A DNA stretch of 64,000 bases, from positions 19,606 through 83,605 of the forward strand of contig VSCH01000007.1 of assembly GCA_047459075.1 (NCBI GenBank), written 5' to 3'. The DNA is from Acidimicrobiia bacterium. Lineage in GTDB: Bacteria; Actinomycetota; Acidimicrobiia; Acidimicrobiales; VFJN01. Within the stretch, counting starts at the first letter, position 1; each line of letters opens with the position of its first letter. The position numbers were made by a program, and so were the translations under genes. A model generated the notes under the pieces. That model ran no database searches. It was given only the letters and a program-made list of their open reading frames with translations, and was not told the origin of the DNA. Shown piece by piece: positions 18,387 through 27,543 of the stretch.

Positions 18387-19171
18387 GCGGCGCAAGCAAC
18401 GAGACCATCGACGTCGTCCTCCACGTCTGGCGGCAGCCGCCCGGCGGCGAGGGGAGGATGGTCACCTACACCGAGGAGGCCAAGGGCATCAGCCCCGACA
18501 TGTCCTTCCTCGAGATGCTCGACGTCGTCAACGAGCGGCTGATCGCCAAGGGCGAGGAGCCCATCGCCTTCGAGCACGACTGCCGCGAGGGCATCTGCGG
18601 CTCGTGCGGGATGATGATCAACGGCCAGCCGCACGGCCCGCAGAAGGGCACGGCGACGTGCCAGCTGCACATGCGGGAGTTCCGCGACGGCGACGAGATC
18701 TACGTCGAGCCGTGGCGGGCCCGGGCCTTCCCGGTGCTGCGCGACCTGATCGTCGACCGCAGCGCGTTCGACCGCATCATCGAGGCCGGCGGCTACATCA
18801 CCGCGCCGACCGGCTCGGCGCCGGACGCCAACCTCATCCCGGTCCCCAAGGAGGCGGCGGACGCCGCCATGGACGCCGCCGCCTGCATCGCCTGCGGCGC
18901 GTGCGTGGCCGCCTGCCCCAACAACGCCGCCCACCTGTTCACGGCGGCCAAGCTGCAGCACCTCAACCTGCTGCCCCAGGGCCAGGCCGAGCGCTACCAG
19001 CGGACGGTCGCCATGGTCGAGGCGATGGAGGAGTACTTCGGGTCGTGCACGATGCACGGCGAGTGCCAGGAGGCCTGCCCGAAGGAGATCTCCGTCGACT
19101 TCATCGCCTACATGAACCGGGACTTCGTGAAGGCGCAGCTCAAGAACCGCAAGCTGGCCGGCCAGACCTGA
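18383..19171 (+). CDS. sdhB: succinate dehydrogenase/fumarate reductase iron-sulfur subunit
   Basis: The GTG at 18383 overlaps the sdhA stop (GTGA). Three Cys clusters are present: [27 protein letters not shown] and [12 protein letters not shown]. Confidence 0.93.
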
Positions 19172-19201
19172 CCCGGCCGGCCCCGGCGCGACGCCCGACC
19201 A

Positions 19202-19230
19202 CCGGCCCCGCGGCCCGGCCGCGGGGCCGG
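19202..19230 (+). terminator. strong GC hairpin downstream of sdhB
   Basis: CCGGCCCCGCGG-CCCGG-CCGCGGGGCCGG is a perfect 12-bp stem with a 5-nt loop, 31 nt after the sdhB stop. No T-tract follows, so intrinsic termination is plausible but not certain. Confidence 0.5.
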
Positions 19231-19243
19231 TGCGCGCCCGGGG

Positions 19244-19939
19244 GTGGCGCGCGGCGCCCGGATGCGAGAGACTGCACCCCCGGTGGGCACGAGCAGACGC
19301 GGGACAGCGTTGTCCGACGCAGCTTCGAGGGCGCTCGACGTCGTGGTCGCGGGCGTCGTGCTCGTGGTGACGGCGCCGCTCATGGGCGTCATCGCCCTCG
19401 CGATCCGGCTGACGATGGGCTCCCCCGTGCTGTTCCGCCAGCCGCGGGCGGGCCGGGGTGGCGAGCCCTTCGAGATGGTCAAGTTCCGCACCATGCGGCA
19501 CCCGGCGCCGGGCGAGGACGACGGCCCCGACAGCGACGAGCGCCGCCTGACCCGGCTCGGGCGCACGCTGCGCTCGACCAGCCTCGACGAGCTGCCGTCG
19601 CTGGTGAACGTCCTCCGGGGCGAGATGAGCCTGGTCGGCCCCCGGCCGCTGCCGGTGCGCTACCTGCCCCGCTACTCGGCGCACCACGCCCGCCGGCACG
19701 AGGTGCGCCCCGGCCTCACCGGCTGGGCCCAGGCCAACGGGCGCAACGCGCTGGGCTGGGACGAGCAGCTCGACATGGACGTCTGGTACGTCGACAACCG
19801 GTCGCTGGCGCTCGACCTGCGCATCCTGGCCGCGACCGTGGCCAGCGTCGCCCGCCGCGAGGGCATCAGCCACGAGGGCCACGCGACCCGGCCGGAGTTC
19901 CCCGGGTCGGGCCTCGAGGGCGCGACGCTGGTCGAGTGA
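19244..19939 (+). CDS. small (PglC/WbaP C-terminal type) undecaprenyl-phosphate sugar phosphotransferase
   Basis: LDVVVAGVVLVVTAPLMGVIALAIRLTMGSPVLFRQPRAG, MVKFRTM, DELPSLVNVLRGEMSLVGPRP and RPGLTGWAQANGRN are the bacterial sugar-transferase motifs. An alternative ATG start lies at 19262. Confidence 0.9.
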   Translation: MARGARMRETAPPVGTSRRGTALSDAASRALDVVVAGVVLVVTAPLMGVIALAIRLTMGSPVLFRQPRAGRGGEPFEMVKFRTMRHPAPGEDDGPDSDERRLTRLGRTLRSTSLDELPSLVNVLRGEMSLVGPRPLPVRYLPRYSAHHARRHEVRPGLTGWAQANGRNALGWDEQLDMDVWYVDNRSLALDLRILAATVASVARREGISHEGHATRPEFPGSGLEGATLVE

Positions 19940-20967
19940 GCCACCCCGCCCGCCCGCCGGGCCGGCCCGTCACGGTCCTCGTCTCCTCCGCCGGCCGGCG
20001 GGTCGAGCTGCTGCGCGGCTTCCGGCGGGCGCTGGCGGCGCTGGGCGTCGAGGGGCGGGTGATCGCCACCGACGCCTCGTGGTACGCGAGCGCGCTCCAC
20101 GAGGCGGACGAGGGCTTCCTCGTCCCCCGGCTCGGCGACCCGGCCTTCGTGCCCACGGTCGTCGAGCTGTGCGAGAAGCAGGGGGTCGACCTCGTCGTCC
20201 CCACCATCGACACCGAGATGCGGGCCTGGAACGAGGCCCGTCCCCGGCTGGAGGAGGTCGGCACGACGCTGTCGCTGTCGTCGCCCGAGGTCGTGGCCAT
20301 CGCCGGCGACAAGCAGCGCACCCACGACTGGCTGGTGGGCCACGGCTTCCCCACCGTGCACCAGGCCGCGCCCGACGAGGTGCTCGCCCGGCCGGGGGAC
20401 TGGCCGTTCCCGCTGGTCGTCAAGCCCCGCTTCGGCAGCGCCGGCATCGGCGTCGAGGTCGTGCGGGACCCCGACGAGCTGGCCGCGGCCGCCCGCCGGG
20501 CCACCGGCGACGTCGTCGTGCAGACCCTCGCCCGCGGCGCCGAGCACACCATCGACGTGCTCGTCGACCGGCGGGGCCGGGCCGTGTGCGCCGTGCCCCG
20601 GCGGCGCATCGAGGTGCGGGCCGGCGAGGTGAGCAAGGGCGTGACCGTCCGGTCGCCGCTCCTGCAGCGGCTGGCCTGCGAGCTGTGCGAGGCGCTGCCC
20701 GGCGCCTACGGCACCATCACCGTGCAGGCGTTCCTCGACGGCGCGCCCGACGACCCGGCGGCGACGGTGGCGGTCATCGAGATCAACGCCCGCTACGGCG
20801 GCGGGTTCCCGCTGGCCCTCGAGGCCGGCGCCGACTTCCCCCGCTGGCAGCTCGAGGAGCTGCTGGGGTTGCCCTCGACCGCCACCCCCGACGGCTGGCG
20901 CGCCGGCCTCGTCATGCTGCGCTACGACGCCGCGGTCTTCGTCGACGAGGGCGAGGCGCCGTCGTGA
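19936..20967 (+). CDS. ATP-grasp domain ligase
   Basis: The GTG at 19936 overlaps the upstream stop (GTGA). VLVSSAGRRVELLRGF, DKQRTHDWL, FPLVVKPRFGSAGIGV, TIDVLVDRRG and VIEINARYGGGFP follow the carbamoyl-phosphate-synthase-like ATP-grasp pattern. Confidence 0.85.
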   Translation: MSHPARPPGRPVTVLVSSAGRRVELLRGFRRALAALGVEGRVIATDASWYASALHEADEGFLVPRLGDPAFVPTVVELCEKQGVDLVVPTIDTEMRAWNEARPRLEEVGTTLSLSSPEVVAIAGDKQRTHDWLVGHGFPTVHQAAPDEVLARPGDWPFPLVVKPRFGSAGIGVEVVRDPDELAAAARRATGDVVVQTLARGAEHTIDVLVDRRGRAVCAVPRRRIEVRAGEVSKGVTVRSPLLQRLACELCEALPGAYGTITVQAFLDGAPDDPAATVAVIEINARYGGGFPLALEAGADFPRWQLEELLGLPSTATPDGWRAGLVMLRYDAAVFVDEGEAPS

Positions 20968-21668
20968 GCGGCCCCCGCCGCCTCGTCGTCGTCGACATCG
21001 ACGACACGCTCTACCCCGAGCGCGACTACGTCCGCAGCGGGTTCGCCGCCGTCGGCGCCTGGGCCCGCGACGAGCTCGGCGTCGACGGGCTCGGCGAGCG
21101 GGCGTGGGCGGCGTTCGAGGCCGGCGTGCGGCGCACGATCTTCGACGAGGTGCTCGCCGCCGCGGGCCTGGAGCCGACGCCCGAGCTGGTCGGGCGGATG
21201 GTCGAGGTGTACCGCACCCACCGGCCCGACATCGCCCTGCTCGACGACGCCCGGGCCTGGCTCGACGCCGTGCCCGACGACGTCGTCGTGGCCGCCGTGA
21301 CCGACGGCCCCCTCGCCAGCCAGCGGGCCAAGGCCGAGGCCCTCGACCTGCGCCGCTGGGTGGCCACGATCGTGTTCACCGCCGAGCTGGGCCCGGGGCG
21401 GGGCAAGCCGCACCCGGCCGCCTTCGAGCGGCTGGAGCGGGAGCTCGGCCTCGCCGGCCCCTGCTGCGCGTACGTCGCCGACAACCCGGCCAAGGACTTC
21501 GTCGCCCCCCGCCGGCTGGGCTGGCGCACCGTCCGGGTCCGCCGGCCCGAGGGCCTGCACGCCAGGGTGCCGAGCGGCGACGACGTCGACGTCGAGATCA
21601 CGACGCTGGCCGAGCTCGACGCCGCGCTCGGGCCGGCGCCCGCCCCGGCGCGGCGGGCGGCGCCGTGA
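20964..21668 (+). CDS. HAD-superfamily hydrolase/phosphatase
   Basis: The GTG at 20964 overlaps the upstream stop (GTGA). HAD motif I is VVVDIDDTLY. It is followed by AAVTDGP, GKPHP and YVADNPAKDF. Confidence 0.85.
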   Translation: MSGPRRLVVVDIDDTLYPERDYVRSGFAAVGAWARDELGVDGLGERAWAAFEAGVRRTIFDEVLAAAGLEPTPELVGRMVEVYRTHRPDIALLDDARAWLDAVPDDVVVAAVTDGPLASQRAKAEALDLRRWVATIVFTAELGPGRGKPHPAAFERLERELGLAGPCCAYVADNPAKDFVAPRRLGWRTVRVRRPEGLHARVPSGDDVDVEITTLAELDAALGPAPAPARRAAP

Positions 21669-22873
21669 CCGCCGAGCGCCCGGGCGGCGGCCGGGTCACC
21701 GTCGCCCACCTGACCACCGTCGACTCCAGCCTGCGCTTCCTGCTCCACCCGCAGCTCACGGCCGTGCGCGACCGGGGCGGGCGGGCGCTCGGCATCAGCG
21801 CCCCGGGGCCCGACGCGGCGCGCCTGCAGGCCGAGGGCATCGACCACGTGCCGCTCACCTCGTCGACCCGCAGCATGAACGTGCTGGCCGACCTGCGGGC
21901 GGCGGTCGAGCTGTGGCGGGTCCTGCGCCGGGAGCGCCCCGACGTCCTGCACACCCACAACCCCAAGCCCGGCCTCTACGGCCGGGTGGTCGGCCGGCTG
22001 GCCGGCGTGCCGGTCGTCGTCAACACCTGCCACGGGCTCTACTACACCGAGGCCGACCCCTGGCTGAAGCGGACGCTCCTGCTCGTGCTCGAGGGGATCG
22101 CCGCCCGCTTCTCGGACGCCGAGCTGGTCCAGAGCGAGGAGGACCTCCGGCGCCTCGTGCGCACCCGGGCCTACCCGCCCCGGCGCACCCGCCTGCTGGG
22201 CAACGGCATCGACCTGCGGCGCTTCCGCCCCGACGTGCTCGACGAGGAGGGGCGGGCCCGCCTGCGGCGCGAGCTGGGCGCCCGCGACGACCAGGTCGTC
22301 GTCGGCATGGTGGGCCGGCTGGTGGCCGAGAAGGGCCTGCTCGAGCTGTTCGAGGCGGCCCGGCTGCTCGACGACCGCTACCTCGTCGTCGTGGCCGGCC
22401 CCGACGACCCCGAGAAGCCGGACGCGCTCGACCGGGCGACGATCCGGGACGCCGAGGCCCGGGGCGTGCGGTTCCTGGGGATGCGCGAGGACGTCGACCG
22501 GCTCTACGGGGCGATGGACCTGTTCGTGCTGCCGTCGTGGCGCGAGGGCTTCCCCCGGGCGGCCATGGAGGCCGCCGCCTCGGGCCTGCCGGTGATCGCC
22601 ACCGACGTGCGGGGCTGCCGGCAGGTGGTCGACGACGGCGTCACCGGCCTGCTCGTCCCGGTCCGCGACCCGGTGGCGCTGGCCGCCGCCATCCGGGCCC
22701 TCGGCGAGGACGAGGAGCGGCGCCGGGCCATGGGCAAGGCCGCCGTCGAGCGGGCGCTGGCCCACTTCGACGAGCGCCGGGTCGTGGAGATCGTGCTGGG
22801 CACCTACCGCGAGGTCGCCGCCCGCAAGGGCCTGGACGACCTCGCCGCCGCCCTCGCCGACCCGGCGCCCTGA
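21665..22873 (+). CDS. GT4-family (GT-B) glycosyltransferase
   Basis: The GTG at 21665 overlaps the upstream stop (GTGA). PDVLHTHNPKPG, GRLVAEKG and LPSWREGFPRAAMEAAASGLPVIATDVRGCRQVV carry the E-x7-E region. Confidence 0.9.
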   Translation: MTAERPGGGRVTVAHLTTVDSSLRFLLHPQLTAVRDRGGRALGISAPGPDAARLQAEGIDHVPLTSSTRSMNVLADLRAAVELWRVLRRERPDVLHTHNPKPGLYGRVVGRLAGVPVVVNTCHGLYYTEADPWLKRTLLLVLEGIAARFSDAELVQSEEDLRRLVRTRAYPPRRTRLLGNGIDLRRFRPDVLDEEGRARLRRELGARDDQVVVGMVGRLVAEKGLLELFEAARLLDDRYLVVVAGPDDPEKPDALDRATIRDAEARGVRFLGMREDVDRLYGAMDLFVLPSWREGFPRAAMEAAASGLPVIATDVRGCRQVVDDGVTGLLVPVRDPVALAAAIRALGEDEERRRAMGKAAVERALAHFDERRVVEIVLGTYREVAARKGLDDLAAALADPAP

Positions 22874-22907
22874 GGGCCGCCGGCCCGCCCCGGGACGCCT
22901 CAGAGCC

Positions 22908-24779
22908 TCAGAACGGCGCGATCGGCTCCCAGTCCTGGCCGACGAGCTGCCAGGCCCGGTCGCCGTCCCGCACCCGCAGCGTCGTGTCGCCGGCGACGCT
23001 CTGCACGTCGATCTGCTCGGGCGTCACCCCGCAGTCGACGAGGTCCCAGTGCTTGGCGTGCTCGTCGTGGGTGGCCTCGACGACGACGCTGTCGAACGTG
23101 CACCGGCGGAAGTCCACCGGGCCCGACGGGTCGACCGGGGCGTCCGCCAGGACGAGGTCGGTCGCCGCCTCGGTCACGGCCACGTCGTGGAACTCGAGCA
23201 GCGCGCCGTCGTCGGACGCCGTGACCGCGGTGAGCCGGATCGCCGTGTCGCAGTCGTGCAGCTCGACGCCGTGGTACTGGTAGGCGTTGGCGTAGGCCCC
23301 GTGGGCGATGCCGGTGTGGCACCGGTAGGCCGTGAACCGGTCGATCGGGTGGGTGAGCGAGGTGTTCTGCCACACCCGGATGCCGTTGACCTCGTTGTTG
23401 TGGGCGAGGCAGTCCTCGAAGGCCCACACGCCGACCGAGTCGTTGGTCCAGAAGAACCCGGCCGAGTCGGGGCCGTGGACGCCGGTGGCGACGCAGCCCC
23501 GCATGGCGCACGACAGCGGCTCGTCGCTCTGGGCGGCGAAGAACCCGTTGGTCGAGTAGCGGTCCCGGCCGTCGACGTGGACGTCGGAGGCGATGCAGCC
23601 CTCGTAGACGACGTAGTCCGACGAGTCCCCCAGGTCCCACCAGTAGGCGTCGCCCCGGGTGGCGTGGCTGGCGCAGGCCCGGAAGGTGATGCCGTTCGAG
23701 GAGTGGGGCACGAAGGCGTGGGCGCCGCAGTCGTGCACGACGACGCCCTCGACGACGACGCCCTCGGTCGTGCGGCCGCCGTGGTGCCAGTGGAGGGCGT
23801 AGCGGCCCTCGACGCTGGTGGGCTCGTCCCGGTCGTTGGGCTGGTTGGGGCCGAGGTGCCGCAGCTCGACCCAGGCGATGGACGCCGCCCGGAAGTCGGC
23901 CGGCGCGTGCATCTCCTGGTGCAGGTGGATGACGTGCGCCCGGTGGTCTGGCGTGCCCTCGATGACGACCGACCGGGTGAGGTTGATCACCTCGGCGTGC
24001 CACCGGTCGGCGACGACCGGGTGGTCGTGCTCCAGCGGCGCCTCCAGCTCGACGGTCGTGCCCTCCACCGCGGCGACGGTCACCCGGTCGAAGCGGGTGT
24101 GGTGGTCCTCGTCGGAGCGGGGCGCGGTGGGCGTGACGACGACCTCGTCGCCGGGCCGCCAGCCGGTGGCGTCCTCGACCGTGATGCGCCGGTCGCCGGC
24201 GGCGGCCGGCGCGGTCAGGCGGGTCCAGGCCGTCTTCGGCGCGCCCCGGGCGTCGAGCCGCCCGGCGCCCACCACCCACAGCCCGACGTCGGTGTCGAGC
24301 ACCTCGTGGGTGCCGCCGCCGACGAAGGCCGCCTCGTCGACGTCGACGAAGGTGAGCCGCATCGTGCGGGCCGGGTCCGGCTGGTGGAGCCGCAGGGTGC
24401 CCTCCACGACGACGTTGCCGGCCGTGGTCACCTGCGCCCCGTCGGCCAGCGCCCACGTCTCCCCCGCCGGCACCGTGAACCCGTCGGGGAAGTGCTCGCC
24501 GTCCTCCAGCACCCGGTCGACCGCCGCCGTCGCCTCGGCCTCGCCGGTCGTGGGGGCCGGCGGGGCCGGCGGCTCGTGGTGGTGGTGGCCGGTCGTCGTC
24601 GGCCGCTTCCCCCGCCCGGCGGCGTCGTCGCCCCCGCGGCTGCAGGCGGCGAGCAGGGCGGCGGCCGCGCCGCCGGCCAGCAGCGCCCGGCGGGTGATGA
24701 GCACCGGGCCGTCGCCGCCGCGCCGCCGGGGGCCGTGCCCGCGGCCGGTGGTCCGGTCACCGCGCTGCGGTTCGATCAT
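22908..24779 (-). CDS. Tat-exported lipoprotein with G8-like domain and right-handed beta-helix-like region
   Basis: A twin-arginine signal with lipobox is present (ITRRALLAGGAAAALLAAC). It is followed by a His-rich linker (TTTGHHHHEPP), a G8-like segment (FTVPAGETWALADGAQVTTAGNVVVEGTLRL) and repeated short beta-strand units rich in H/W/G/N (HWHHGG, VVVHDCGAHAFVPH, GIRVWQNT). The family assignment is from memory. Confidence 0.65.
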   Translation of the reverse strand: MIEPQRGDRTTGRGHGPRRRGGDGPVLITRRALLAGGAAAALLAACSRGGDDAAGRGKRPTTTGHHHHEPPAPPAPTTGEAEATAAVDRVLEDGEHFPDGFTVPAGETWALADGAQVTTAGNVVVEGTLRLHQPDPARTMRLTFVDVDEAAFVGGGTHEVLDTDVGLWVVGAGRLDARGAPKTAWTRLTAPAAAGDRRITVEDATGWRPGDEVVVTPTAPRSDEDHHTRFDRVTVAAVEGTTVELEAPLEHDHPVVADRWHAEVINLTRSVVIEGTPDHRAHVIHLHQEMHAPADFRAASIAWVELRHLGPNQPNDRDEPTSVEGRYALHWHHGGRTTEGVVVEGVVVHDCGAHAFVPHSSNGITFRACASHATRGDAYWWDLGDSSDYVVYEGCIASDVHVDGRDRYSTNGFFAAQSDEPLSCAMRGCVATGVHGPDSAGFFWTNDSVGVWAFEDCLAHNNEVNGIRVWQNTSLTHPIDRFTAYRCHTGIAHGAYANAYQYHGVELHDCDTAIRLTAVTASDDGALLEFHDVAVTEAATDLVLADAPVDPSGPVDFRRCTFDSVVVEATHDEHAKHWDLVDCGVTPEQIDVQSVAGDTTLRVRDGDRAWQLVGQDWEPIAPF

Positions 24780-24843
24780 CGCTCCGCCCCTCGTGCCGCC
24801 GTGGCCCGGGCGGGGGTCGCCCGGCCGTCGCGCATGGTACGGG

Positions 24844-25521
24844 TCACCGCCCCACCTGGCCAGGTCGGGCCGCCGCGCCGGCCGCCGGCGCCCACGGCGA
24901 CGGGGTGAGCGGCTCGGCCTCCCACCCGGCCGGCAGCTCGGGGACGGTCCACGCCGGGTCGGGACGCCACCGGTGCCAGGGCTCGTCGAAGGGCGGGGCG
25001 CCCTCGAGCACCATCGCCGTCGCGGTGCGGGCCGCGTCCCGGATGGCGGCCACCTCCTCCGGCCCGAAGAACCCGTCGGACGCCGCCCGGCGCAGCTCGT
25101 CGTCGTCCTTCACCTCGACCCGCCGCCGGTCGGGGCCGATGACGACGTCGAGCGTCTGGTCCATCGAGTCGAAGCCGACGGCGGTGCGGCGCAGCGGCTC
25201 CTGCACGTTGACGTACCACCCCCGGAAGTCGTCGAACGACCGCCCCCAGCGGAGCATGACCGAGAACCCGGCACCGGCCGGCACGACGTGGAGGGCCGCC
25301 CGGTCGCGCCAGCGGTCGGGGGCCAGGCCGACCTCGTCGCGGATCGACCGGGTGACCCGCCCGGCGGCGTCCGCGGGGGCGAGGAAGCGGGTGCCCGCCG
25401 GCACGTAGAGGACGGTGCGGTCGGGCCGGTCCTCGACGACGACCATCGGCGTGACCGCCCGGAACCGGCCGCCGCGGTGCTGGCGGACGACCACGGTGGC
25501 GCCGGGCGGCCACCGGCGCAC
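24844..25521 (-). CDS. DUF402-family protein (FomD/Ntdp-like nucleotide-diphosphate hydrolase family)
   Basis: The core GWYVNVQEPLRRTAVGFDSMDQTLDVVIGPDRRRVEVKDDDELRRAASDGFF matches the DUF402 pattern (W.gwYvni..P...y.DldLDv.v.pdg....lD.DEl). The GTG at 25521 lies 5 nt after the rfbF stop. Confidence 0.7.
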   Translation of the reverse strand: MRRWPPGATVVVRQHRGGRFRAVTPMVVVEDRPDRTVLYVPAGTRFLAPADAAGRVTRSIRDEVGLAPDRWRDRAALHVVPAGAGFSVMLRWGRSFDDFRGWYVNVQEPLRRTAVGFDSMDQTLDVVIGPDRRRVEVKDDDELRRAASDGFFGPEEVAAIRDAARTATAMVLEGAPPFDEPWHRWRPDPAWTVPELPAGWEAEPLTPSPWAPAAGAAARPGQVGR

Positions 25522-25526
25522 GGGGC

Positions 25527-26297
25527 TCAGTCCCAGACCCGCCAGGGGGCGCCGGCCTCCCACAGCTCCTCGAGGCGCTTCTTGTCGCGCAGCGTGTCCA
25601 TGCACTGCCAGAACCCCTCGTGCCGGTAGGCCATGAGCTGCCCGTCCTTGGCCAGCTGCTCGAGCGGCTCGCGCTCGAACTGGGTGTCGTCGCCGGCGAT
25701 GTAGTCGAACACGCCCGGCTCCAGCACGAAGAAGGCGCCGTTGATCCAGCCCTCGCCCGTCTGGGGCTTCTCGTTGAACTCGACGATCTGGTCGCCGTCG
25801 AGCTCGAGGTGACCGAAGCGGGCGGGGGGCCGGGTGGCCGTCAGGGTGGCGAGCTTGCCGTGCGAGCGGTGGAACTCGACGAGCTTGTGGAGGTCGACCG
25901 TCGACACGCCGTCGCCCCAGGTGATCATGAACGTGCCGTCACCCAGGTAGGGCTTGAGGCGCTTGATGCGGCCGCCGGTCGCCGTGTACATGCCGGTGTC
26001 CACCAGGTCGACCCGCCAGTTGGGGCCGGTGTCGCCGTGCATGGGCGTGACCGACCCGGTCCGCATGTCGACGGTGATGTCGGTGGTCAGCGACGCGTAG
26101 TCGACGAACCAGCGCTTGATGTACTCGCCCTTGTAGCCGAGGGCGATGACGAAGTCCTCGAAGCCGAAGTGCTCGTAGTAGCGCATGATGTGCCACAGGA
26201 TCGGCTTGCCGCCGATCTCGACCATCGGCTTCGGCTTCTCGACCGTCTCCTCGGCGAGCCGGGTCCCGAGCCCGCCGGCGAGGATGCCTACCTTCAT
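25527..26297 (-). CDS. rfbF: glucose-1-phosphate cytidylyltransferase
   Basis: MKVGILAGGLGTRLAEETVEKPKPMVEIGGKPILWHIMRYY...RHEGFWQCMDTLRDK is near-canonical RfbF over 256 aa. The ATG overlaps the upstream stop (ATGA). Confidence 0.93.
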   Translation of the reverse strand: MKVGILAGGLGTRLAEETVEKPKPMVEIGGKPILWHIMRYYEHFGFEDFVIALGYKGEYIKRWFVDYASLTTDITVDMRTGSVTPMHGDTGPNWRVDLVDTGMYTATGGRIKRLKPYLGDGTFMITWGDGVSTVDLHKLVEFHRSHGKLATLTATRPPARFGHLELDGDQIVEFNEKPQTGEGWINGAFFVLEPGVFDYIAGDDTQFEREPLEQLAKDGQLMAYRHEGFWQCMDTLRDKKRLEELWEAGAPWRVWD

Positions 26298-27538
26298 GGG
26301 AACCTCCCTGGCCGTCCGGCACCCGGGGCGCCGGAGGTGGCGGTCGGATGGACGAGGTGCATCGGCGAGCGGACCTGTGTCGGCAGGCCGAGCTCGGCCA
26401 GCTGGGCCCCGATCTCGTCGACGTAGACCGGGTTGAGGACGATCGCCGTGGCGGGCGGGTCGGCGACCAGGTCGGCCGGGGCCACCACCGGGTGGCCCGA
26501 CACGGGGACGTGGCGGCCCCGCTTGTGGGGGTTGATGTCGACGGCCGCCCGGATCCGGTCCGTCCCCTCGACGGTGGTCAGGAACGTCACCCCCTTCGAG
26601 CCGGCGCCCCACAGCACGACCGGTCCCCGCGCGGCGGCCTCGGCCACCAGCTCGGCGGCCGCCTCCAGCAGCAGCCGGGCCTGCTCGCCGAAGCGCCGGG
26701 CGGCGGCGACGATCGCCTCGACGCGGGCGCCGTCGCCGGGGTCGGCGGCGGGCAGGCCGGCCGCCCGGGGGTCGTCGGCCCGGACCGCGTCGGCCCACAG
26801 GAACTGGTCGCCGAACGCCGTGCCGGCCCGCAGGAGGCGCAGCCCGGCGTCCGCGGCCAGGCGCCGCAGGGCCGGGGCGGTGACGTGGTGGACGTGCTCG
26901 TAGATGACGTCCCAGAGCGCGACCCGGTCGACGAGGTACCAGCCGTCGGGCACCTCGAGGTAGGCGACGCCGCCCGGCTCGAGGCCCCGGGCCACGGCCC
27001 CGACGAGCTCGGTCGGGTCGGGGACGTGCTCGAGGACGTGGCGGGCGCACACGAGCCGGCCCCGGAACGAGCCGTCGGTGGGGAACTCCCGGGCCTCGAT
27101 GGTCACCCGGGGGTCGAGGTCGGTCGCCCGGGCCGGGTCGTGGCTGGGGTCGTAGCCCCGGCCCCGGTTGCCGCCCAGCCGGCACAGCAGCGACAGGAAG
27201 TCGCCGCTGCCGGGGCCGATCTCGACGACGTCGACGTCCCGCAGGCCGTGCTCGTCGACGAGCCGGCGGGCGACGCCGGTCGCGTAGCGCTGGAACGCCG
27301 GCGAGAAGTGCAGGGAGTTCTCGTACTGGGGCGAGTAGCCGAACACCGCGGGGTCGAAGGCGGTGTTGGTCATCATCCCGCAGGCCGTGCACACGGCCAG
27401 GCGCACGTCGCCGCGGGGCGCGGCGAGCGCCGCGTCCCGGTCGGGCCACAGGGCGTTGCACAGGGCGGGCAGGTCGTCGTGGGCGTAGAAGCCCTCGAGG
27501 GCGGTCGAGGTGCAGGCGGGGCAGGCGGGGGCGGCCAT
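26294..27538 (-). CDS. Zn-ribbon class I SAM-dependent methyltransferase of the NDP-sugar C-methyltransferase architecture (paralog 1)
   Basis: The N-terminal 4-Cys ribbon is CPACTS...CTACGMMTN. The SAM motif is VVEIGPGSGDFL, followed by CARHVLEHVPDP. The C-terminal Rossmann-like tail is VLWGAGSKGVTFL...DINPHKRG. Length is 414 aa. Confidence 0.85.
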   Translation of the reverse strand: MAAPACPACTSTALEGFYAHDDLPALCNALWPDRDAALAAPRGDVRLAVCTACGMMTNTAFDPAVFGYSPQYENSLHFSPAFQRYATGVARRLVDEHGLRDVDVVEIGPGSGDFLSLLCRLGGNRGRGYDPSHDPARATDLDPRVTIEAREFPTDGSFRGRLVCARHVLEHVPDPTELVGAVARGLEPGGVAYLEVPDGWYLVDRVALWDVIYEHVHHVTAPALRRLAADAGLRLLRAGTAFGDQFLWADAVRADDPRAAGLPAADPGDGARVEAIVAAARRFGEQARLLLEAAAELVAEAAARGPVVLWGAGSKGVTFLTTVEGTDRIRAAVDINPHKRGRHVPVSGHPVVAPADLVADPPATAIVLNPVYVDEIGAQLAELGLPTQVRSPMHLVHPTATSGAPGAGRPGRFP

Positions 27539-27543
27539 CGCCC

